This document shows, piece by piece, positions 1-9,330 of a DNA stretch of 41,197 bases. The notes beneath the pieces were generated by a model, which worked only from the letters and a program-made list of their open reading frames with translations, searched no databases and had not been told where the DNA came from. A program made the translations under genes and the position numbers. Every line of letters begins with the position of its first letter. The stretch's first letter is position 1. The DNA is from Gemmatimonadaceae bacterium (GTDB lineage: Bacteria > Gemmatimonadota > Gemmatimonadetes > Gemmatimonadales > Gemmatimonadaceae): NCBI GenBank assembly GCA_040902005.1, contig JBBDYA010000111.1, forward strand, positions 1-41,197, read 5' to 3'.

Positions 1-964
1 TGGCGATCGCCGCCGCGCTATTCCCCTGACGCACCGGGTGGTGCAGCGCGGTCAGCCCGCCCACGCCGCCGACGGACGCGGCGAACCCGGGCACGCCGCC
101 ATTGATCGTGTCGACTTCCTCCTGCACCGGGCCACGGGCTGACGCGGCTGACGCATACACCACGCGTCCCGAGTCGATCGCGGCCTGGATCTGCGCCGCG
201 GTGAACGGCCCCTTTGGCTGCGGGGCGGCGGCGCGGGCGGGCGCTGCCGCGGTCGCAGGCGCAGCAAGCGCCCCAGGCGCCGCGGCGCCTGTGCCGGTCG
301 CGCTCTGTGTCCGCACCGTGAGCGAATCGCGATGCCGTTCCGGCTCGAAGGAGACGAGCACCTCGTTCCGCCGACGCGTGGCCGCCTGCTCCACGGCGGC
401 CGCCTCCGTCAGGTTCATGACGCTGGTGTGGACATTCGGGTCCGCGCCCGCCTGGACAAGGGCGTGGATCGCGTCGGCGCGGCCGCTGGCGGCGGCAAAG
501 ATCAACGGCGTCTGTCCCCACTCGACCTCCCGCGCGTTGACATCAGCGCCGCGCGCGATGAGCGCCGAGATGGCGGCGGCATTGCCGGAGGCCGCGGCAA
601 AGTGCAGCGCCGTCGCGCCGGTCGCCGTCAGCGCCCTGGCGTTGCTTCCTGCGTTCAGCAGCGCCTGCACCACGGCGCCATTCCCGGTCCTGGATGCAAT
701 GTGGAGCGGCGTGTAATCGCCGATGCGGGTGAGTGCGCGCACGTTCGCCTTCGCGCGCAGCAGGATCGCGGTCATCGCGGAATCACCGGCCTCAGCGGCC
801 CAGTGCAGTGCCGTCATGCCGTCGCCCTGCGGCACGTTCACGTCCGCCTTGGCGGCGATGAGCGCGCGCACCGCGGGCAGGTCGCGCCGCATCGCGGCAT
901 CGGCCACCGGCGCCGGCTCCATCCAGAAAGCACCCGCAACGAATGCCAGAAGGATCGTCGTCAT
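1..964 (-). CDS. Exported ankyrin-repeat protein, 3' end runs off the window (not in the ORF track)
   Basis: Manual translation from ATG 964 (alternative TTG 979 behind GGAGG): MTTILLAFVAGAFW..., ankyrin motifs GDGMTALHWAA, DYTPLHIAS, GATALHFAA, GQTPLIFAA; no stop before position 1. Confidence 0.9.
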   Translation of the reverse strand, partial: MTTILLAFVAGAFWMEPAPVADAAMRRDLPAVRALIAAKADVNVPQGDGMTALHWAAEAGDSAMTAILLRAKANVRALTRIGDYTPLHIASRTGNGAVVQALLNAGSNARALTATGATALHFAAASGNAAAISALIARGADVNAREVEWGQTPLIFAAASGRADAIHALVQAGADPNVHTSVMNLTEAAAVEQAATRRRNEVLVSFEPERHRDSLTVRTQSATGTGAAAPGALAAPATAAAPARAAAPQPKGPFTAAQIQAAIDSGRVVYASAASARGPVQEEVDTINGGVPGFAASVGGVGGLTALHHPVRQGNSAAAIA

Positions 965-982
965 ACGAACCTCAATCAAGTT

Positions 983-1056
983 GTCCTCCGCGTTCCTCCG
1001 CGCCATCCGCGGTTCAAGCCGTTACCAAACCGTGAACCGCAGAGGACGCAGAGAAC
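983..1056. repeat. REP-like imperfect inverted repeat built from ~9-nt units
   Basis: Left arm 983-1016 reverse complement TGAACCGCGGATGGCGCGGAGGAACGCGGAGGAC; right arm 1033-1056 TGAACCGCAGAGGACGCAGAGAAC; intergenic. Confidence 0.6.
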
Positions 1057-1073
1057 CGGAAAACTGCCAAAGA

Positions 1074-2474
1074 CTAGACGGTCAGCGCGAACGCCCCCGT
1101 GCTGTCCCCGAAGCTCTTCATGTCGTCCAGCCCAAGCTGGTGCATCAGCGTGAGCATCACGTTGGCCATGGGCGTCCCATCCGGCGCCTTGAGGTGCAGG
1201 TTCCCCTGGAGCGCACCGTTCCCGCCGCCCAGCAGCAGAAGCGGGCAGCGGCGATGGTTGTGGATGTTGCCGTCCGCCATCGGTGAGCCGTAGACGATCA
1301 TGGTCTGGTCCAGCAGGCTGCGGTCGCCGTCCGTGGTCTCCTGGAGCCGCTGGAGGAAGTACGGAAGCATGCTCACGTGGTAGCGATTGATCATGTTGAA
1401 CTCGAGGATCCCCGACTCGCGACCACCGTGATGCGACGCGGGATGGAATCCCTTGGTCGTGCCGCTCTCGGGATATGACCGGTTCGACGCGTCGCGCCCC
1501 GTCTTGAACGAGATCACGCGCGTCATATCGGACTGGAGCGCCAGCACCTGGAGGTCGAACATGAGCTTCATGTGTTCGGCGAACGAATCGGGAACGCCCA
1601 CCGGCGCCTCGGGCAGCTCCCGCTGCTCGCCGCTCGAGTTGCGCGCCTCGATCGCCTGGATGCGGCGCTCCAGCTCGCGCACGTCCTCCAGATACTTGTC
1701 CAGCCGCTGCTGGTCCGCCGGGCCCACCTGGCGCTTGATCGCCTTCGTCTCGCCAACGATCCAGTCGAGGATGCTCTGGTTGGCCCGGCGGCGCGACATC
1801 CGGTCGGCGTTGTCCTTCCCAGCGCCAAAGAGCAGCTCGAACGCCGCTCGCGGATTGCGGATCATCGGGAGCGGCTCGCTCGGGCTCGCCCAACTGATCG
1901 TGTCGGTGTACGCGCAGGCGTAGTTGTAGTAGCAGCCGCCGGCCTGGTCGAGATTCTCGATGCACAGCTGCATGGACGGGATCGCCGTGTCGCCCGCGAT
2001 CCGGCGCGCCACGAGCTGGTCCAGCGACGTCCCCACGTACAGGTCGGAGCCCTGCGTCTGCTTGGGATGCGACTGCGTCAGGAACACGGCGCTCGAGCGG
2101 AAGTGATCGCCGCCGATCTCGGGTGCCTCGAACGCCTCGGCCATGCGCACGTCGGTGTTGCTCACGATCGTGACGTACTTGCGCCAGGGCTCGAGGGGCG
2201 CGAGTGCGCCCTCGGGACTCAGCGCGAAGTCCCGCCCCACGGACGCTGGCGACCAGAGGTGCTTCGTCGCGCCCCACGCGTTGCTTCCCGCGGCGCCGTG
2301 CACCGATTCGATGCAGATGAGCCGCGTCTTCCCGGCTGCGGCTCCCGCCCCTTCGGTGGCGCCCAGCGACCGCATCGCGGGCGCCATGGCATCGAGATAC
2401 GGGAGGGCCACTGAGGCGCCGAGCCCGCGGAGGAAGGTGCGGCGCGGCATTGCCTTCTGGGTGAGAATCTTCAC
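1074..2474 (-). CDS. DUF1552-family protein with twin-arginine-like leader
   Basis: 466 aa; PRRTFLRGLGASVALPYLDAM leader, SLDQLVA, SMQLCIE, YGSPMADGNIHNH; GTGA overlap with the upstream DUF1592 stop. Confidence 0.88.
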   Translation of the reverse strand: MKILTQKAMPRRTFLRGLGASVALPYLDAMAPAMRSLGATEGAGAAAGKTRLICIESVHGAAGSNAWGATKHLWSPASVGRDFALSPEGALAPLEPWRKYVTIVSNTDVRMAEAFEAPEIGGDHFRSSAVFLTQSHPKQTQGSDLYVGTSLDQLVARRIAGDTAIPSMQLCIENLDQAGGCYYNYACAYTDTISWASPSEPLPMIRNPRAAFELLFGAGKDNADRMSRRRANQSILDWIVGETKAIKRQVGPADQQRLDKYLEDVRELERRIQAIEARNSSGEQRELPEAPVGVPDSFAEHMKLMFDLQVLALQSDMTRVISFKTGRDASNRSYPESGTTKGFHPASHHGGRESGILEFNMINRYHVSMLPYFLQRLQETTDGDRSLLDQTMIVYGSPMADGNIHNHRRCPLLLLGGGNGALQGNLHLKAPDGTPMANVMLTLMHQLGLDDMKSFGDSTGAFALTV

Positions 2475-4885
2475 TGTTCCACCTCTGTGGAGAGGGCGTC
2501 CACGCGTTTCATGCGGAACGCCGGGCTGTGTACCACGCCTGAGATGAACGACGACATCGCATACCCTTCACGCTCGGCGTCGCGCACGATGGCGCGGATC
2601 GTCGGCTGGTCGTAATCCTCCACGCGGCGGCCCACGGCGTAGGCCAGCAGGTTCTCCGCGAACGCGCGCATCAGCGGGATGGGGCGCGACACAAGCGACC
2701 GGGTGAGATCCGCCGGCGACGACACCGCCATCCCGTCGTACATCGTGCCGCGCGTGTCGAGCGGCGCGCCGTTCTCGCGATACCGCCATCTGCCGGTGAC
2801 GTCGAAGTTGTCGAGCGCCAGCCCAATCGGGTCCATGTACTGGTGACAGGTGCGGCAGGTGGGATCCGCGCGGTGCAGCTCCATCCGCTCGCGGGTGGTG
2901 AGCTGGCGTCCGTCTTTCGACGAAGCCGTCTCCTCGAGATCGGGGATGTCCGGCGGCGGCGGGGGCGGCGCCATGCCGATGAGCACCTCCATCACCCACT
3001 TGCCTCGCAGCACCGGCGACGTCCGGTTCGCCATCGACGTCTGCACCAGGATGCTGCCATGGCCGAGCAATCCACGCCGGGAGCTGTCCGGGTAGCTCAC
3101 CCGCCGGAACTCCGGCCCCGAGACATTCGTGATTCCGTAGTGGCGCGCCAGTCGCTCGTTCACGAACGAATGGTTCGCTGTGAACAGGTCGAGCGCGCTG
3201 CGGTTCGATCGCACGGCGTCCCAGAAGAACAGCTGCGTCTCGCGCACCATCGCGTCCGCGAGCTGCTGATCGTAGTCGGGGAACCAGAAGGCGTCGGGGC
3301 GCACCTTCTCCACGTCCTGCAAACGCAACCACTGTGACGCGAAGCGCGTCGCCAGCGCCTCGGCCCGGGGATCCGCCAGCATGCGCGTCAGCTGCGCGTC
3401 CAGCGTCGCGGGCTCGGACAGGCGCTTCTGCGTGGCGAGATTGAGCAGCTCGTGATCCGGAATGCTTCCCCAGAGAAAGAACGACAGCCGCGACGCGAGC
3501 TCGATGTCCGTCAGGGCGAAGTCCTCACCGGGACGGGCACCCTCAGGCACTCCCTCCACCCGGAACACGAACCAGGGGCTTGCGAGCATCGCCTGGAGCG
3601 CCGTGCGAATCCCTTCTTCAAACCCGCCGCCGTTGCGCGCGCCCTCGCGGTAGAAGCGCAAGAGTCCGTCGCGGTCGCGCGCCGTGAGTGGACGCCGGTA
3701 CGCGCGCGTCCCCAGCTGGTCGATGATGCGCTCCGCGCAGGCACGCTCGGAGACGCGTGCCGATGGACGGCAGGAGAAGATGATGCGCCGGCTTGTCGTC
3801 TCGGAGACGCCCGTCGGCGACGCGGGGCCGGTGATGCTCAGCTCCATGAGGTGCGGCGGCGCGGTGGTTCCGGCGCTCGCGGTCCCGTTGCTGGCCAGCG
3901 ACCAGTCGTGCGGCCTGATGAGGTCCTCGTAGGGTCCCTCCTGGCGCCGAATGAACGCCGCGGTGACGCGCTGCTGTCCTGCTTTCACGAAGATCGGCTC
4001 GGTGCGAACCCAGTCGGCTCCCTGTGGCGCATCCGCGGACGCGAGGGCGCGGTCCATGCCACGCTCGTAATGCAGCAGTGCCACCCGGCGTCCGTCCACG
4101 GAGAGGTCGATGTCCTCGAGCCGGCTGCCCACGCCGCCGCGCACCTCCATGCGGAACGAGTACATGCCGTCCGCCGGGAACGGATGCTCGGCGACGAGCC
4201 CGCCGCGCGTGCCGTACGGGGCGCCCTCGATCCGGTTCCACGGGTGCTGCGAGGTGAAGGGCGACGCCGTGTATTGGGAGGAGAGGGAAGCGGCCTTCGG
4301 GTCACCGCTCGCGATACGCGCCACCGCGGCCGCGGCGTTGAGGTACGCCTCCAGCAGCGTGGGTGAAAGCGCCTGCACGTCGGCGATGTTGTCGAAGTTG
4401 GCGCTCTTGGTGTCCAACGGGAGGTAATCTCCCGCGTCGATGACGACGTCGAGCAGGTCGCGCACCGCGCGCTCATACTCGGCTCGGTTGAGACGCTGGA
4501 ACAGCCGCTGCCCTGGATTGCGACGCGTACCGCTGTCGAGTTCCTGCTCGATCGCTTCGGCCAGCATGGTACCCGAATCCGGCGCGAGCCTCCGGATGGC
4601 ATTCGGCGGCGGCATCATCTGCGCCCGCAGCTTGCGAACCATCTTTTCGGAGACGTCCAGCCGTGCGCGCGCCGAATCCAGACCGTAACCCTGGAGTGAC
4701 AGATTACCGCGCAGCTGGCGCGGGTTGTGGCAGCCGACGCAGTAGCGCTGCACCATCTCGTTCGCAGCCTGTCGCTTGAGGCCAGCCGGCGGCGCGTGGC
4801 TCGTAGCGCGCAGCTCGGAGCTCGTTCGTCCAGCCAACCAGACCGCGGCCACCATGGTGGTGGCCACCGCGTGAGACAGCCTCAT
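2471..4885 (-). CDS. DUF1592/DUF1588 (PSD-domain) protein with two c-type haem motifs
   Basis: Start re-called at ATG 4885 (MRLSHAVATT signal peptide); CVGCH and CRTCH; RLNRAEY, ELASRLSFFLWGSIPD, RTSPVLRGKWV. Confidence 0.88.
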   Translation of the reverse strand: MRLSHAVATTMVAAVWLAGRTSSELRATSHAPPAGLKRQAANEMVQRYCVGCHNPRQLRGNLSLQGYGLDSARARLDVSEKMVRKLRAQMMPPPNAIRRLAPDSGTMLAEAIEQELDSGTRRNPGQRLFQRLNRAEYERAVRDLLDVVIDAGDYLPLDTKSANFDNIADVQALSPTLLEAYLNAAAAVARIASGDPKAASLSSQYTASPFTSQHPWNRIEGAPYGTRGGLVAEHPFPADGMYSFRMEVRGGVGSRLEDIDLSVDGRRVALLHYERGMDRALASADAPQGADWVRTEPIFVKAGQQRVTAAFIRRQEGPYEDLIRPHDWSLASNGTASAGTTAPPHLMELSITGPASPTGVSETTSRRIIFSCRPSARVSERACAERIIDQLGTRAYRRPLTARDRDGLLRFYREGARNGGGFEEGIRTALQAMLASPWFVFRVEGVPEGARPGEDFALTDIELASRLSFFLWGSIPDHELLNLATQKRLSEPATLDAQLTRMLADPRAEALATRFASQWLRLQDVEKVRPDAFWFPDYDQQLADAMVRETQLFFWDAVRSNRSALDLFTANHSFVNERLARHYGITNVSGPEFRRVSYPDSSRRGLLGHGSILVQTSMANRTSPVLRGKWVMEVLIGMAPPPPPPDIPDLEETASSKDGRQLTTRERMELHRADPTCRTCHQYMDPIGLALDNFDVTGRWRYRENGAPLDTRGTMYDGMAVSSPADLTRSLVSRPIPLMRAFAENLLAYAVGRRVEDYDQPTIRAIVRDAEREGYAMSSFISGVVHSPAFRMKRVDALSTEVEQ

Positions 4886-5018
4886 TCGGAAAACCCCCCC
4901 CCCCCCCCCGCGCGTGGACAACAGCGGACTCTCTCTATAGTATGGCCGCGAGGGGGCGGGGCAGCCAGAGGGAGCTTTCAGGTCCCCCCCCCTCCCCCCC
5001 ACAGCCGAGGACGCCTTA

Positions 5019-6023
5019 GTGCGCAAGAGCATGTTGGTTCTCGCGAGTGCGATCATCGCCGCGCCGGCGGCGCCGGCCATCGCCCAGTCGCCCCCCCCCG
5101 CGAACGCGACTGCGCGCCTGAATCCCGTGATCGAGCTGCTGGAGCAGCGGCAGGCCGTGTTCGGGTTGTATGCGCCGGCAAATCCGCGCGTCCGTCCCGG
5201 TGCGGAGCCTTCCGCGACTCAGGCTTCTGCGAAGACGCCGGTGCAGCTGGGGCGGGATGCGCTCGCGTACACGCGCGCGGACTACATCTTCGACGGCTCG
5301 ATGGAGGGAAACTTCGAGCGCGGCTACGCCACCTTCGTCGAGCTGGCGCGCGGGATGTTCGACGGCGGGATGCTGCGCGCTGCGCCCACTCGGCGGCTCA
5401 CGCACCCGCTGTTCGTGAAGACGCCGGAGATAGCGGCGGACCCCGACAGGGCGCGCGCGCGCATCGCCCAGCAGCTCAACCTGGGGGTGAGCGGGATTGT
5501 CTTTGTGGACGTGCAGAGCGCGGATGAGGTCAGGCAGGGGCTGGCGATGATGCGTTTCGCGTCGAAGGGCGGGACGCGTCCGGACGCCGTGGACGGCGCG
5601 CCGGCTCGCTGGGGGATGGGCGAGCAGGAGTACCGGGAGCGTGCCGACCTGTGGCCGCTGAATCCGCGGGGCGAGCTGGTGAACTTCGCCATCGTCGAGA
5701 GCAGGGAAGGGCTGGCGAAGGTGCGTGAGATCGCCGCGGTGCCTGGCATCGGGGTGCTCTTTCCCGGCGCGGGCACGCTGCGCGGGATCTTCTCGACGGC
5801 CGATTCCACCGGGCGACGGGTGCTCGACCAGGCCGCGTGGGAGGGCGCGATCCAGCAGGTGCTGGCCGCGTGCCGGGAGTTCGACGTGCCGTGCGGCTAT
5901 CCCGCGGGCGAGGCCGACATCGAGATGCGGATGAAGCAGGGCTTCCGCGTGTTCATCATCGGCTGGGGCGACGCCGGCTTTCGCGCCGTGGACGCGGGGC
6001 GAAGGACGGCAGGCCGGGACTGA
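5019..6023 (+). CDS. HpcH/HpaI aldolase/citrate-lyase-family protein with signal peptide
   Basis: 334 aa; DGSME, FAIVESREGL..VREIAAVPGIGVLFPGAG motifs; N-terminal LVLASAIIAAPAAPAIA-Q; GAGG upstream. Confidence 0.75.
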   Translation: MRKSMLVLASAIIAAPAAPAIAQSPPPANATARLNPVIELLEQRQAVFGLYAPANPRVRPGAEPSATQASAKTPVQLGRDALAYTRADYIFDGSMEGNFERGYATFVELARGMFDGGMLRAAPTRRLTHPLFVKTPEIAADPDRARARIAQQLNLGVSGIVFVDVQSADEVRQGLAMMRFASKGGTRPDAVDGAPARWGMGEQEYRERADLWPLNPRGELVNFAIVESREGLAKVREIAAVPGIGVLFPGAGTLRGIFSTADSTGRRVLDQAAWEGAIQQVLAACREFDVPCGYPAGEADIEMRMKQGFRVFIIGWGDAGFRAVDAGRRTAGRD

Positions 6024-6053
6024 CGCGTGCCGGACGCGCCGGCGTCTTAAGAC

Positions 6054-6611
6054 CTACAGTCGCACTTCAAAGCTGATCCCGGGCGGCGTCGCAAGCGGTC
6101 CAGTCGCAAACGCGGATCTCGTCAGCTCGTACAAAACGCGCTCGCTGCCCCTGGCATCTGTTCGCACGCCGACGTACATCCCACCGATCTTCTCCACGGC
6201 GAGCCGCGATCTGCGATTCTCGGGTCCGATCCGGAAAAGCACCCGCTCGACGGCCTCGAAAGCATGCTCCAGCATCAGGCGCTTCATCTCGCCGTTGTAC
6301 TTGCCGCCCCAGCACCGGCGCGCCAGGAAGCTCCACCCGATCTCAACGACACTTCTCACCGCGTCGAAGTCGTGGTAGCGAGACGAGCCCACGATCTCTC
6401 CGCTGGGGCGTTCGACGGCGATCAAGGCACCTGACGTCAATGCCTCCGTGAAGAACTGGCGGAAGACCTCCTCCTTGTATCGATCCGGCTCCGGATGCTG
6501 TGCCCATAACAGCGGATCTGACGCGACCGCAAAGAGGTCGGCCCAGTCCTCAGGCCGCAAAGGCCTCAACTGAAGAAGAGAGCCCGTGAGAGTCGGCTGC
6601 GAATCAAACAT
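6054..6611 (-). CDS. GNAT (RimJ/RimL-like) N-acetyltransferase
   Basis: Start re-called at ATG 6611 (MFDSQPTL, GAGG upstream); VEIGWSFL, CWGGKYNGEMKRLMLEHAF, NRRSRLAVEKIG. Confidence 0.88.
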   Translation of the reverse strand: MFDSQPTLTGSLLQLRPLRPEDWADLFAVASDPLLWAQHPEPDRYKEEVFRQFFTEALTSGALIAVERPSGEIVGSSRYHDFDAVRSVVEIGWSFLARRCWGGKYNGEMKRLMLEHAFEAVERVLFRIGPENRRSRLAVEKIGGMYVGVRTDARGSERVLYELTRSAFATGPLATPPGISFEVRL

Positions 6612-6727
6612 GGTGGCCTCAGAGATACGCGGGAGCGTGCACGGCCCGAACTCCGGCCATGGGCGTGCCTCAACCCGCCTGCGATTGAAACCGGCTAATC
6701 GACGAAACCCGCCCGTCGGCGGGAAGC

Positions 6728-9208
6728 TCAATCCTCCCGCAGCGCCACGTTCGGCTCAAGGCTTGCGGCTCGGCGCGCCGGGATCCAGCACGCCGCGGCG
6801 GCGATGCCGAAGAACAGCGCCACGATCGACGCGAACGTCACCGGATCCGTCGGCGTCACGCCGACGAGCATCCTCCCCATCGCCCGCGTCAACCAGAACG
6901 CGCCGAGCAATCCGGCCACGATGCCGAAGGCGCTGAGCACCAGCCCCTGCCCGATGATGAGCCGGAAGATGCTCGACGGCTGCGCGCCGAACGCCATGCG
7001 CACTCCGATCTCCGACGAGCGCTGGCGCACCAGATTGGCCAGCACCCCGTACAGCCCGATCGCGGCGAGCGCCGCGGCCAGCGCCGCGAACACCGAGATG
7101 AGCCCGAGCGCGAACCGCGTCGGTGCCATCGCCCGCGACACGTTATCGCTCAGTGGCACCACCTCGGTGATCAGGAGCTGTGGATCCACCTCCCGGAGCG
7201 CCGCGCGGACCGGGCCGGCGATCGAGAGTGGATCTTCGCTCGTGCGCACGAGCCACGCGTTGCCGAAGTTCCCCTGGAAGTAGATCGATTCGTTCTCTTC
7301 ACCGTGAAGCGTCGTGTGGCGCAGGTGCTTCACCACGCCCACGACGGTGTAGGGTTCGGCGTCCGGTCCCCCCGGCCGCGCAAGCAGCGTCTTGCCGACG
7401 GCCGATTCGTTCGGGAACGCCATCTGCGCGACGAGGTCGTCGATGATCATCGTCCGCGCGCCCTCCACTTCGTCGCTGGCGTCGAAGTCGCGTCCCGCGA
7501 TGATGCGCGCCCGCATCGTCTCGAAATAGCCGCGCGGCACGAAATGGAACTGCCCCTGTTGATAGAGCGAGGGATCCGCGCGGGCCTCCTCGCGCCCCCA
7601 GCGGCCGCTGGAGGGGCTCGCGTCGAGGGGAAGCTGCGTGGCCTGCGTGAGCCCCGTGACGCCGGGGATCGCGCCCAGCCGCTGCCTGACCGAAGCCACC
7701 TTCGCCTGCGCTTCCTGCGCGGACCGCGCCCGCATGTTGCCAAGACGGAAGGTGAGCAGACCGTCGGCTGCGAAGCCGGGGTCGGTGCGGTTCAGCGCGA
7801 TCGCGCTCCGGATCATCAGCCCGCAACCGATGAACAGGATGAACGACAGCGCGACCTCTGCCACCACGACGGCCCGCCGCAGGAGCGCGCCGTGTCCGCC
7901 AGTCATTCCGCGGCCGCCGGCGCGAAGCGCGTCGGTGAGCTGCGGCCGCGACGCGCGCAACGCGGGCACCAGGCCAAAGAGCACCGCGGACACGACGCAT
8001 GCAGCCATCGTGAAGCCGAGCACCCACGGGTCGATCGACACCGTGTCGATGAGTGGGAGATCCTGCGGCGCGAGGCGGAGCAGCAGCTTCACGCCAGCCC
8101 ACGCGAGCCCGAGTCCGAGAAGCCCGCCAGCGAGCGACAATACGAGACTTTCCGCGAGCAGCTGCCGCGTCAACGCCCACGTCGATCCGCCGAGTGCGGC
8201 GCGCACGGCCAGCTCGCGTTCGCGGCCCGCGACGCGCACCAGCAGCAGGTTCGCGACATTGGCGCACGCGATCAAAAGGACGAAGACCACCGCGCCCATC
8301 AGCGCTCGGATCGTGGGCCTGACCGAGGCGACGATGTCGTCCCGCATTCCCTCGGCGCGGAAATACAGGCCGACCGTTTTCTTCAGCGGGAATCGCTCCC
8401 ACAGGCCCCTGGAGATCTGGTCGACCTGATTGTGCGCGGCGGCGAGCGTCACTCCCGGCTTCATTCGTCCGACCGCGTGCCACCCCACGTTGTTTCGTGC
8501 GAGGTCGGCCTCGTAGTTGATGCGCGCCGAGATCCAGACGTCCGGCCGCCGCTCCATGCCCGCCCGTGGCGGAAAGTGCAGCTCGACGCCGGGCGCAAGC
8601 ACGCCGACGACGAGGACCGGCGCGCCACCGCCGATCTGGATGTTCTTCCCGATGATGGATGGGTCGCTGCCGTACTGCCCGCGCCAGAACTCGTCGCTGA
8701 GGATCGCGATGCCCGGGAGCAGGTTGGGCGGCGGTCCGGCCGGGGCCTGGCCTGGCTGGAACTGCACCAGCTGGTTCGGGCGCCCGTCCTCGGGCTGGAA
8801 GTTGCGGCCGCGGGCGACGCGGACGCCGAGCACGTCGAAGATGTTTGGCGTTGCGGCGGCGGTGCGGATCTGCTGCGGCGGAGATCCTTCGACGATCAGC
8901 GGCGCAGTGCCGGTGCGGACGCCCGCGATCCCCTCGAAGAGCGTCGCCTGGTCCATCACGTCCTTGAGATCGCCGGCCGCGAAGATCCAGTCCGCAACAT
9001 TGCGCGCGCGAAGCTCCCCCCAGATGATCGCGAGGCGCTCCGGCTCATGGTACGGGAGGGGGCGAAGCAGCACCGCGTTCGTGACGCTGAAGATCGCCGT
9101 GGTGGCGCCGATGCCCAGCGCGAGCGTCGCGATCGCGGTGACGGCGAACGCCGGGTTCTTGCGAAGGGTGCGCGCCGCGAAGGCGACGTCTCTGCCGAAG
9201 CTGGACAT
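6728..9208 (-). CDS. Duplicated MacB/FtsX-type ABC permease (ADOP-like), no prefix domain
   Basis: 826 aa; TLALGIGATTAIFSV, LLIACANVANLLL, RERELAVRAALG, EIGVRMAFGA, WIPARRAA. Confidence 0.92.
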   Translation of the reverse strand: MSSFGRDVAFAARTLRKNPAFAVTAIATLALGIGATTAIFSVTNAVLLRPLPYHEPERLAIIWGELRARNVADWIFAAGDLKDVMDQATLFEGIAGVRTGTAPLIVEGSPPQQIRTAAATPNIFDVLGVRVARGRNFQPEDGRPNQLVQFQPGQAPAGPPPNLLPGIAILSDEFWRGQYGSDPSIIGKNIQIGGGAPVLVVGVLAPGVELHFPPRAGMERRPDVWISARINYEADLARNNVGWHAVGRMKPGVTLAAAHNQVDQISRGLWERFPLKKTVGLYFRAEGMRDDIVASVRPTIRALMGAVVFVLLIACANVANLLLVRVAGRERELAVRAALGGSTWALTRQLLAESLVLSLAGGLLGLGLAWAGVKLLLRLAPQDLPLIDTVSIDPWVLGFTMAACVVSAVLFGLVPALRASRPQLTDALRAGGRGMTGGHGALLRRAVVVAEVALSFILFIGCGLMIRSAIALNRTDPGFAADGLLTFRLGNMRARSAQEAQAKVASVRQRLGAIPGVTGLTQATQLPLDASPSSGRWGREEARADPSLYQQGQFHFVPRGYFETMRARIIAGRDFDASDEVEGARTMIIDDLVAQMAFPNESAVGKTLLARPGGPDAEPYTVVGVVKHLRHTTLHGEENESIYFQGNFGNAWLVRTSEDPLSIAGPVRAALREVDPQLLITEVVPLSDNVSRAMAPTRFALGLISVFAALAAALAAIGLYGVLANLVRQRSSEIGVRMAFGAQPSSIFRLIIGQGLVLSAFGIVAGLLGAFWLTRAMGRMLVGVTPTDPVTFASIVALFFGIAAAACWIPARRAASLEPNVALRED

Positions 9209-9330
9209 GGTTGGGCTCTCGCTGGGTGCGTGGCACGAACCTACTGCGTCCTGTGTTGGACAGCATTACGCCAGGATTACGTTGGTGTTGGCATTCAGCA
9301 CCGGGACGCGTCAACCACCGGCCGCCTCGC

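Noticed and set aside
4886..5080. N-terminal extensions in the ORF track (also 6612-6731, 19055-19198, 27402-27563, 35628-35867, 39968-40243)
   Set aside because: They overlap neighbouring genes or promoters; downstream starts have an RBS, stop/start coupling or family-typical N-termini
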